Of a stretch of 64,000 nucleotides of DNA, positions 56,161 to 64,000 are shown piece by piece. Position numbers and translations under genes: made by a program. The stretch's first letter is position 1, and every line of letters starts with the position of its first letter. The notes beneath the pieces were generated by a model. That model ran no database searches. It worked only from the letters and a program-made list of their open reading frames with translations, and was not told the origin of the DNA. Location of the stretch: the IMG/VR virus record IMGVR_UViG_3300042988_001200, one strand, 5' to 3'. This DNA comes from a virus (lineage: Duplodnaviria; Caudoviricetes).

Positions 56161-58010
56161 TGTTTAATTTACAAGTTAATAAAGCAGTAGTAGGTTCAGC
56201 TAACACTCAGATATATGAGGATCCAGTAGTAGGTAGTAATGGTACTGCCGTTCTTATGAGATATAACCACCTTATAGATGATTTAGAACAAGCTCTACAA
56301 AGTGTAATACCTATTACTAGAGGAGGATTAATAACTCTAGATATTAACTCTAATCCCTATGAGATTAATAAAGGATTAGAGTCTTATTGTTTAGTAGTAG
56401 ATAATGGCACATCTAGTGGTTTATCTTATAGAGAGAGAGTGGACCTTACTTCTAATCAATCTATAGGGGGACTTAAAACCTTTACAGGGATTACTACCCT
56501 AGCCTCCGGGTTTGTATCTAATGCTACATCCTCTATTAATGGGGGATTAACTATAACCTCCACTCTATCGGCTGGAGCTACTATTATTAATGGCAATATT
56601 AATGTTAAAGGAAGTTCCTTATTAGAGACTAGTGTTACAGTTGGAGGCTTATTAACTACATCTAGTCTACAAGTAACTAATGTTTCTACATTAAATGGAG
56701 GGTTCACTTCTAATGCTAATAGTTTAATTAGTGGAGATTTAATTATAGATAACAATCTAATAGTTGACCAATCTATAACTTCTAACTCTCTTATTACTAC
56801 CTCTATATCTATACCCTCTGTATTTAGTTCCTCTTCCTCTGGTACTACAGTAATAGGTAACTTTACTTCTACCTCTATTACTACTGGTAATCTATCAGCC
56901 TCTACTACTACTATTACAGGACTTGCATCTATATCTAATAGCCTATCTGTTACTGGTAAGACTACAACTGGTAGTTTAGAGGTAGATAGTAATGCTTTAT
57001 TAGAAGGGGTTCTATCAGTAAATGGTAATAGTAACACTAAGGGTATAACTAATATAGGTAATATTACTAATACTGGTAATGTTAATATTACTGGTCAACT
57101 AATAGTATCTGGTTCTACTACTTTACAAGCTATTACAGGCACTAGTATTAGTGGAACTAATCTTAATATTAGTGCTACTGGGTTTATATCTTCTATTGAT
57201 AGTGATTCCTTAGAATCTAATTCTATATCTACTAATACTCTAACTGCTACTGGTAACTCTAATCTAGAGGATATAGAAGCTAGTAATATTAATTGCCAAT
57301 CTATTACTTCCTTAGCTAGTTATATAGGAGTAGCTTCTGGTACTTCTCTATCTCTATCTGGAAATCTATCTACTAACTCTTTATCAGCCTCTATCACTAA
57401 TCTAGCTTCTCTAACAGTTACAGGTATATCTAACCTTAATCAATTAAATATAACTAGTAACTTATCTGTTATAGGTAATGGTGTAATTAATGATTTAGAG
57501 ATTAAGGGAGACTGTTTAGTTAAGGGTAGTCAGGTTATAGAGGATGGGTTATTAGTTATAGGTAGTATACAGGGTAGTAATGTTAGTGGTACTAATACAG
57601 GGGATGAGGGTGAAGCTACTCCTATAGAGTTAGGGGTAGTAAGGGTTGATATTAATGAAGTTAATCCTTTAGTTTATACAAAGACTACAGTTGATTCTAC
57701 TTTTATAAGAGTGGATAATAAAGGTCAGATAGATGGAGTAGCTCCCTTAAACTCTTCTTCTAAAGTTCCTTTTATACATTTACCTTATATAGTAAGTAGA
57801 TATACTACTACTTTTAATGAGAGTAATAGAGTGAGTAATAAGGTTTTAATAGAACATTTACTTAATACTAGAACTCCTGCCTCTATAACTATATGGAATG
57901 ACCAGTATGAAGTAATGAGTTTACCCATTAGAAGTACAACATTAGACCATATAGAGATAGATATTAGTGTAATTATAAATGGAGACTGGACTATTAAAAT
58001 ATTAAATTAG
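56160..58010 (+). CDS. Fibre/spike-like protein with long Ser/Thr/Gly beta-helix-type repeats
   Basis: 'QSIGGLKTF' fibre motif, repeated 'l.vtG.t...sl' units, 'GTNTGDE', 'GVAPLNSSSKVP', 'IEHLLNT'. Confidence 0.6.
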   Translation: MFNLQVNKAVVGSANTQIYEDPVVGSNGTAVLMRYNHLIDDLEQALQSVIPITRGGLITLDINSNPYEINKGLESYCLVVDNGTSSGLSYRERVDLTSNQSIGGLKTFTGITTLASGFVSNATSSINGGLTITSTLSAGATIINGNINVKGSSLLETSVTVGGLLTTSSLQVTNVSTLNGGFTSNANSLISGDLIIDNNLIVDQSITSNSLITTSISIPSVFSSSSSGTTVIGNFTSTSITTGNLSASTTTITGLASISNSLSVTGKTTTGSLEVDSNALLEGVLSVNGNSNTKGITNIGNITNTGNVNITGQLIVSGSTTLQAITGTSISGTNLNISATGFISSIDSDSLESNSISTNTLTATGNSNLEDIEASNINCQSITSLASYIGVASGTSLSLSGNLSTNSLSASITNLASLTVTGISNLNQLNITSNLSVIGNGVINDLEIKGDCLVKGSQVIEDGLLVIGSIQGSNVSGTNTGDEGEATPIELGVVRVDINEVNPLVYTKTTVDSTFIRVDNKGQIDGVAPLNSSSKVPFIHLPYIVSRYTTTFNESNRVSNKVLIEHLLNTRTPASITIWNDQYEVMSLPIRSTTLDHIEIDISVIINGDWTIKILN

Positions 58011-58011
58011 T

Positions 58012-58554
58012 ATGATAACTACAACAAGTAGAGAGATATTAAATCATTTAATAGAGGATTATCTAATAGATAATCTAGGATGTTTTCTTATATATTTACC
58101 AGAATTAGGCATAGATGATACTCCAACTGTGTTGGAGTATGAGAGAAGAAGAGATTTAACTATGAGTGAAGCTATCAATTATGAGATAGGTAAATATAGT
58201 CTTAATGGTTACTCGAGGTATATATTTAGGAGAGAAGAGATAGATTTAAAGAGGACTAATAGTCTAACAAGTATAACTATTAAACCTTTTTTCCAAGCAG
58301 TTGGAGATTATATGGAACCTTTTACCCATATATGTTTAGCTAGAGGATTATCTAGTGGAACTATAACTAATGGAAATAATAGAGGGAATCCTATAGGTTC
58401 ACTTATATTAACTAAGCCAGTACCTACTAATATTCTTCCTTCTATACCGGGTAGATTTGATATTCCAACTGGTTCTCTAGCTTTATATTTAGCCAATGGT
58501 ACTAGATATGAGACAGATATAAGTCTAGTAATTAGTACAAAGAATATGTTATAG
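58012..58554 (+). CDS. Hypothetical protein (probable baseplate-associated)
   Basis: ORF in operon. Confidence 0.5.
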   Translation: MITTTSREILNHLIEDYLIDNLGCFLIYLPELGIDDTPTVLEYERRRDLTMSEAINYEIGKYSLNGYSRYIFRREEIDLKRTNSLTSITIKPFFQAVGDYMEPFTHICLARGLSSGTITNGNNRGNPIGSLILTKPVPTNILPSIPGRFDIPTGSLALYLANGTRYETDISLVISTKNML

Positions 58555-58556
58555 AT

Positions 58557-59516
58557 ATGTTAACTAAGAGGCATTTATTAGAGTTAAGAAGAAAGTTCTA
58601 TTATACTTCTAGTGCTTTTGGAGGACCAGAAAATCTAATAGAGATATTGGAAAGAACTAATATAACGGGTATAGAAGTAGAAAGACAGGTTTATAGAATC
58701 TTATCTCATCCAGGAGAAGTAAAGGTTATAAGTCCCTGGGGCTTAGTATTAGATTTAATGAATAGGGATTATACAGGTATAAGTAGAAGTGATTCTATAT
58801 TAATAAAATACCCCTATGGAGTATATAACTCTAGAGGAGAAATCTTATATAAAGTAAAGAATCATAATGGTTACTTTGGTCTTAGTAGTCTAGATAAAAC
58901 TCTGGTCCTTCAATCTAAGACAGGGGAGATGTTTTATCTTAGATATAGCTCTATAGAAGGGGAGATGGTAGTTCTACTTATAGTAAATAATCTGGCTCTG
59001 GAGAATGCTTATCCTAATGTTATATCTGATAGAGACTTTATAGAACCTCCTCCTCTTAGAGATGAACAGTCAGGATTTAATTTTGAGAGACCCGCTATAG
59101 AACCTTTTAAAAGATGGATTAGACTTAATACTTCTAGTCTTACTTCTAAATCTAATATTCTAGTTCATCAGTTAATAGGCTCCCCTACGGTTATACCTTC
59201 TATAGAACAACTTATAACCAATACTCAGGTAGTTACAGAGGAGATTTTAATAGATAAGGAAATAATCATTTACTTAAAGAAGTCTGGATGGTTATGTATG
59301 AGACAGGGTAATAACCTTTGTGTATTTGATAATTTAACAGGAGAAGGTGTAGATAGAGTTATAGAAGCTAAGAGAGGAATTTATTACATAGCTGTAGGAG
59401 ATGAGATTAAAACTAGTATTAATATAAGGCAGGAACTGGGTCTTGTTTCTAGAGTACCTGTTAATTTATCTACAGATGATTCTATTAGTCTAGTAGGGGG
59501 TATAACTTATGCTTAA
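58557..59516 (+). CDS. Hypothetical protein upstream of terminase
   Basis: ORF overlapping TerL start; no TerS motif recognised. Confidence 0.5.
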   Translation: MLTKRHLLELRRKFYYTSSAFGGPENLIEILERTNITGIEVERQVYRILSHPGEVKVISPWGLVLDLMNRDYTGISRSDSILIKYPYGVYNSRGEILYKVKNHNGYFGLSSLDKTLVLQSKTGEMFYLRYSSIEGEMVVLLIVNNLALENAYPNVISDRDFIEPPPLRDEQSGFNFERPAIEPFKRWIRLNTSSLTSKSNILVHQLIGSPTVIPSIEQLITNTQVVTEEILIDKEIIIYLKKSGWLCMRQGNNLCVFDNLTGEGVDRVIEAKRGIYYIAVGDEIKTSINIRQELGLVSRVPVNLSTDDSISLVGGITYA

Positions 59517-61278
59517 AAGGAATAAAAATAAAGGTAATAATACAAGTAGTTTACTAGCTTCATTAATAAGTGAGGCTAGTACCTCATTAGAGGCAGATAG
59601 CAATCTTTCTATAGTAGAGTTTGCAGAGGATATTTTATTTAATAGTAGAGTAAACTTGTTTCCTCAACAAAGGGCGGTGTTAAAGATATATAACAATGAG
59701 GATATAAATGAAGATGAGGAGAATATATTAAACGAGTGGTTTAATGAAGGTAAGACTACATGGAGGAAGGGTAGGGTATATAGTGATTTAGTTCTAGAAG
59801 CTGGTAGGGGTTCTGGTAAGAGTGTATTGGCAGCTATTATAGTTCTTTATGAGTTCTATAAGTTAATCTCATTAAAAGAACCTGCTTTATTCTATGGACT
59901 TATACCTAATGACCCTATATCCATATTTGTTATAGCTAAGAGTGGAGACCAAGTAAAAGAGACTTTATATGCAAAGATAAAGGGTTATGCTGAACAGAGT
60001 GAATACTTTAAAGCTCTAGTAGATAATGAAAAGATAACTATACAAGAAGAGATGATTAGATGTAAGGATAAGAATATAGCTATATATGCTAAACACACTA
60101 ACTCCTCCTCTCTAGTAGGTTATACCCTTAAGTGTTTAGTTCTAGATGAAGTGGCTAGATTTGATACTAGATTAGATGAGTATGGGGACCTTACTTCAGC
60201 GGCTGATGATATCTTTTATAACGTAGGTAAGGGTGTAAAGAGATTTGGAGCTAAAGGTAGAAGAGTAGCTATATCTAGTGCTTGGAGAGTTAATGACCCT
60301 ATAGAAAGACTTCTTAAAACAGCAGATAAGGACCCAGAGACTATTGGATTTAAATTATGTACTTGGGATATTAATAAAAGACCAGAGTCTACTAGACAAT
60401 CTCTTAACTCTGAATATCTAAAGGACCTTACTAGAGCTCAATTAGAGTATGAGGGCATAAGAATAAATAATAAGGGCTCTTCCTTTATATTAGAGGAACT
60501 TATAGATAAATGTACTAAAGGTTTATCTATGATAGATACAAAGGAGATAAATTTAGACATAGGGGATAGAGGTTATGTAGGACAAAAAGTATTAAGAATA
60601 GAAAAAGATAGAGAGACCCCTTGTTTTATTCATATAGATTTTAGTGTTAAGAGGGATGCTACTGGACTAGCTATAGCTTATCCTTATAAAGTAGATGATA
60701 GGTACTTAATTAATGTAGGAGGTTTAATTAAATGGACTCCATATACAGATGATAAAGGAAAGAAAAGGTTAATAAACTTTAATAATATAGAAGAAGTATT
60801 AATGATTCTAGCTCTTAATAGGAATATATTAAAGATGACATTTGACTCTTTTAGTAGTGCTCCAACTATTCAGAAGCTATATACATTAGGTATAGACACT
60901 CAAGAGGTGTCTGTTTCTAGAAGTAGTCAAGCTGAGTATTTTACTTTATTTAGGGATTTATTAAACCAGGAATTAGTTATTCTACCTAAAGATTCAATAT
61001 ACTTTTCATCTTTAAAGTCTGAGTTATTGGGCATTAAGATGAATGAAAATCTGTCTATAAGTCATGGACTACAAGGGAAAGATATATCAGATGCTGTAGT
61101 TAATAGTGTGTTTCAGTGCTATAACTATATAGTTAATTCTGGTTTAACCTTTAACAATACTAATAATATACTAGTTAATCCTAGTCTTAACTCTTTTATA
61201 AATATAATTAATTCCCCTTATAATATAGGTTCTAGTGTTAATAGATACCGTTCTCTTAAATATAAACGTCTTATTTAA
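59509..61278 (+). CDS. terL: Terminase large subunit
   Basis: Walker A 'AGRGSGKS', Walker B 'LVLDEVA', coupling motif 'ISSA', nuclease 'HIDFSVKRDATG' and 'KDISDAV'. Confidence 0.93.
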   Translation: MLKRNKNKGNNTSSLLASLISEASTSLEADSNLSIVEFAEDILFNSRVNLFPQQRAVLKIYNNEDINEDEENILNEWFNEGKTTWRKGRVYSDLVLEAGRGSGKSVLAAIIVLYEFYKLISLKEPALFYGLIPNDPISIFVIAKSGDQVKETLYAKIKGYAEQSEYFKALVDNEKITIQEEMIRCKDKNIAIYAKHTNSSSLVGYTLKCLVLDEVARFDTRLDEYGDLTSAADDIFYNVGKGVKRFGAKGRRVAISSAWRVNDPIERLLKTADKDPETIGFKLCTWDINKRPESTRQSLNSEYLKDLTRAQLEYEGIRINNKGSSFILEELIDKCTKGLSMIDTKEINLDIGDRGYVGQKVLRIEKDRETPCFIHIDFSVKRDATGLAIAYPYKVDDRYLINVGGLIKWTPYTDDKGKKRLINFNNIEEVLMILALNRNILKMTFDSFSSAPTIQKLYTLGIDTQEVSVSRSSQAEYFTLFRDLLNQELVILPKDSIYFSSLKSELLGIKMNENLSISHGLQGKDISDAVVNSVFQCYNYIVNSGLTFNNTNNILVNPSLNSFINIINSPYNIGSSVNRYRSLKYKRLI

Positions 61279-61283
61279 CTTTA

Positions 61284-61973
61284 ATGTTTACTTGCCCAAT
61301 CCCCAATTGTTACTCTTTAGCCTCTACTCCAGAGTGTATACCTGTAGTTTCTTATATAGATTCATGCTTTTCCTATGAAGACCCTCCCATATCCTTACCT
61401 ATATTAGAACCTATTATGTTAGCTCCTAGGTTCTATATAGAGGTTTCTACTAAAGGAGAAGCCTCTTTCATTTATAAGATTGATAAGTATGGGTTACTTA
61501 GTAATTATATTCAACTGCTTTTAAAACCTAATAAAGAGTATAAAGTTAAGTATTTTCAATGGAAAAAGGTTATATCTACTTCTATTAATACAAGTTCATT
61601 AACTAAAATTTTAATAAAAGAGGAGATATGGAAGATTCCTTCTTCCTATTTATTGCTCCAAAGTCTTAGTTTAATTAGAAAAGATGATGATTCTAGTTCA
61701 TGTATTGATGACTTTGATGTTATAGATAACCCTTTTATTCTTAATCCAACTATTAATATAGAACCTAAGTATAAAGGAAACCTTATTTATAAGACTCTTA
61801 ATCTACCTATTTGTACTTATACTAATGAAAGAGTTGTATCTTCTATAGGAATTGGATGGTCTAATGCTCCTAAACCTGGAACTAAATATTCTATTTCATA
61901 CTACCAACCACTAGATATTAAACAAGTAATAACTAATACTAATCATATAGATTTAACTAATATATACACCTAA
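61284..61973 (+). CDS. Hypothetical protein
   Basis: ORF in operon. Confidence 0.5.
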   Translation: MFTCPIPNCYSLASTPECIPVVSYIDSCFSYEDPPISLPILEPIMLAPRFYIEVSTKGEASFIYKIDKYGLLSNYIQLLLKPNKEYKVKYFQWKKVISTSINTSSLTKILIKEEIWKIPSSYLLLQSLSLIRKDDDSSSCIDDFDVIDNPFILNPTINIEPKYKGNLIYKTLNLPICTYTNERVVSSIGIGWSNAPKPGTKYSISYYQPLDIKQVITNTNHIDLTNIYT

Positions 61974-61974
61974 T

Positions 61975-62421
61975 ATGACTAATCTAACCTTTACAAATAA
62001 CCAATATGATATTAAAACCTATGCTGTTAGAACTATATTACCTAGTTTAAGTGTATTAGGTAAAGCTATAAAGATGGATATAGAGGACTCTAGATTTGTT
62101 CTTAAAGGAGTGTTTACTACAGAGTTCATTCTTAATAAAGCTATAATAAGTTACTTTATTCCCTCTAAACCTAGTCCTTTCTATGCTAATAAACCTGTAT
62201 GTCTAGTAGGTAATATTACTGGACCAGCCCCAGACTTATATATTCAAGCGGCTAACTCTTCTTTTATAGAAGGGACTATAAGTCGTTTAGTATATATAAA
62301 TGAGTGGTATCAGGGTGTAAATCCTTTTACTCAAGCTAGAAATCCATCTACTGCATTCGACTTTTTTAAACATCTATTAGCCTCTAACATAGAAGATGTA
62401 ATTAATTACCCTAATCAATAA
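61975..62421 (+). CDS. Hypothetical protein
   Basis: ORF in operon. Confidence 0.5.
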   Translation: MTNLTFTNNQYDIKTYAVRTILPSLSVLGKAIKMDIEDSRFVLKGVFTTEFILNKAIISYFIPSKPSPFYANKPVCLVGNITGPAPDLYIQAANSSFIEGTISRLVYINEWYQGVNPFTQARNPSTAFDFFKHLLASNIEDVINYPNQ

Positions 62422-62425
62422 CTAT

Positions 62426-62968
62426 ATGCCACACCCATGTACTAACTCTTGTTCTCCTAATAATAGATGTAAAGATAGACCTCATGCTGGTCTATCTTTT
62501 AGACTACATAAGGATGATTCTATTTATACCCCTATCATAGAAGCTAGAACTCTAAGAATAAATCATTTATATGAATGGGAACTAGAATCTGGTTCTGCCT
62601 ATGAGTCCTCATTCTTCTCATCTATAAAACTACAATATGACCAGATTCTATCTCCACCAGCTATGCAACCAGCATTTAATATAGAACCTCTTATCATATC
62701 CTTCCACTCCTCTGACTTCTATAAAGTAGATTTATCTAACGCCTCTTTACCTGAATATATATCTGGTATATATGTTCTCACTAATGTGGTTATTAAAGAA
62801 ATAGCTTTAGACCAGGACTGTTGTTGTAATAAGATGAAGGTAATAAAAGCTAGAGGAACGTTTGATTGTGTAACAAATATAGATACAGTACCAGATAAAG
62901 ATTGTAGGGTTGAGGTATATCCAATACCAGTTCCAGTTAGTATTAAAGAATGTAATAGTTGTGATTAA
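62426..62968 (+). CDS. Hypothetical Cys-containing protein
   Basis: ORF in operon; C-x3-C-x5-C N-terminus, CCC and terminal CxxC. Confidence 0.5.
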   Translation: MPHPCTNSCSPNNRCKDRPHAGLSFRLHKDDSIYTPIIEARTLRINHLYEWELESGSAYESSFFSSIKLQYDQILSPPAMQPAFNIEPLIISFHSSDFYKVDLSNASLPEYISGIYVLTNVVIKEIALDQDCCCNKMKVIKARGTFDCVTNIDTVPDKDCRVEVYPIPVPVSIKECNSCD

Positions 62969-62970
62969 TT

Positions 62971-64000
62971 ATGTCTTCTTCTTCTCTTGATAGGTCTTTA
63001 AATTCTAGATATAATGAGGAGTCTTCTTTATCTAAGGCATTAAGAGACCCTGTTAGTATAGCACTAGCTGGAACTGCCGCTATGGGTGGTGTATTAGGAT
63101 CTATTAATTTCTTTAATAAAGTTAGAGATGATTATTATCATCCTTTTACTAGCTTCTTAAGAGATAGATTGAATGCTGATATTACACTAGAGGTTCCTTA
63201 TGACTATTACGATGAACCCTCAGCCTCCCGTTCAGAGAATACAACAAGAAAAACTAATAATCTAACAGAAATAGACCTTACTCCTACTCCTTCTTCCTCT
63301 GGTGATGTACCAGAGACTAATATCTTTATTAGGATAAATAATTGGATGACTGAGAGGAGACAGGAGCGTATGAATCAAAGATACGGTTCTAGTAATCCCG
63401 CACCTAATACTTCTAGCACCCCCTCTAGACCTACATCTAATACTAATACTCCAGCACCTAAACCCTCAATACCTCAGCCCATAACTCCTCCCCCAACTAA
63501 TCCCTCTTATTCAATACCAGACCCTTGGCTTGATACTTCAACTAGTAATACTCCCCCTACTAGACCTTCTATTGTTCCTGCTTCTGTTAATTCCCCATCT
63601 ACTCCAGTTAATAAAACTGTTCTTCCTTCTAATTCTGGAGTATCTATTAATCCTCCATCTATCTCTAGAGCAGCTCCTAGTGTACAGGTTAATAATGTTA
63701 TCCCTAATAAAAGACCGTTAAATCTTAATTCATTACCTCCTTCTAATAAGGTAATGGGTAGTATAGGTATAGCCGCTCTTAGTTATATAGGGTTAGGGGT
63801 TCTATTAAGGGGGCCTGATTATTTATCTTATACCTCTAGTGGGTTTACTAGTTTCCTAGGAGGATTAACTACAAATAATCCATATAAGGATGTAATACTA
63901 CCAGGGGGTCATAGAGTTATTCCTAGTCTATCTAATAGAACTCTTATGAGTAACTCTAGGTCTGATACTTTTATAGATGGTTATAAAGTAATGGATATAT
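62971..64000 (+). CDS. N-terminal part of a Pro/Ser/Thr-rich protein with two hydrophobic Gly/Ala segments (runs off window)
   Basis: Manual translation MSSSSLDRSLNSRYNEE... stop-free to 64000; 'IALAGTAAMGGVLGSINF' and 'IGIAALSYIGLGVLL'; missing from ORF track. Confidence 0.7.
   Translation, partial: MSSSSLDRSLNSRYNEESSLSKALRDPVSIALAGTAAMGGVLGSINFFNKVRDDYYHPFTSFLRDRLNADITLEVPYDYYDEPSASRSENTTRKTNNLTEIDLTPTPSSSGDVPETNIFIRINNWMTERRQERMNQRYGSSNPAPNTSSTPSRPTSNTNTPAPKPSIPQPITPPPTNPSYSIPDPWLDTSTSNTPPTRPSIVPASVNSPSTPVNKTVLPSNSGVSINPPSISRAAPSVQVNNVIPNKRPLNLNSLPPSNKVMGSIGIAALSYIGLGVLLRGPDYLSYTSSGFTSFLGGLTTNNPYKDVILPGGHRVIPSLSNRTLMSNSRSDTFIDGYKVMDI

Noticed and set aside
39917-63721. Alternate-frame or antisense ORFs 39917, 43237, 44056, 46718, 47114, 48110, 49073, 56456, 58308, 63530
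   Set aside because: Nested within longer, motif-supported genes; no independent evidence
1-64000. Stop-codon reassignment (TAG recoding), tRNAs, inteins/introns in terminase, portal or capsid
   Set aside because: Genes tile densely under the standard code, TAG is used as a normal stop, core proteins are of normal length, and no tRNA-like cloverleaf or Hint motif was seen

Overview
AT-rich (roughly 30% GC by eye) morphogenesis module of a large contractile-tailed phage (myovirus). It is probably a freshwater cyanophage, judging from a cyanobacterial-type Amidase_2, a PBP-A-like domain and a small CPxC protein. The + strand carries, in order: a tail assembly chaperone pair joined by a programmed -1 frameshift, DUF935/Mu-like portal, Mu-I-like protease/scaffold, major capsid, Cys-rich decoration-like protein, neck genes, sheath, tube and hub. 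These are followed by a spike-like protein fused to M15B and serine beta-lactamase-like domains, an amidase, a lysozyme-M23 fusion, baseplate wedge genes, a lysine/ornithine N-monooxygenase-like flavoprotein, DUF4815 proteins, several fibre proteins and the terminase large subunit. Two long ORFs run off the window ends and are missing from the ORF track: a - strand protein with two PLD-type motifs (2651 to <1) and a Pro/Ser-rich protein (62971 to >64000). Small antisense genes are interspersed: SWIM finger, LAGLIDADG endonuclease, CPxC protein and a paralog pair. The best candidates for new biology are the N-monooxygenase placed next to a Cys/Tyr/Glu-repeat baseplate protein, the PLD giant protein, the multi-enzyme spike, and an N-terminal anchor domain shared by three virion proteins. 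All family assignments come from motif recognition by eye; no database searches were run.
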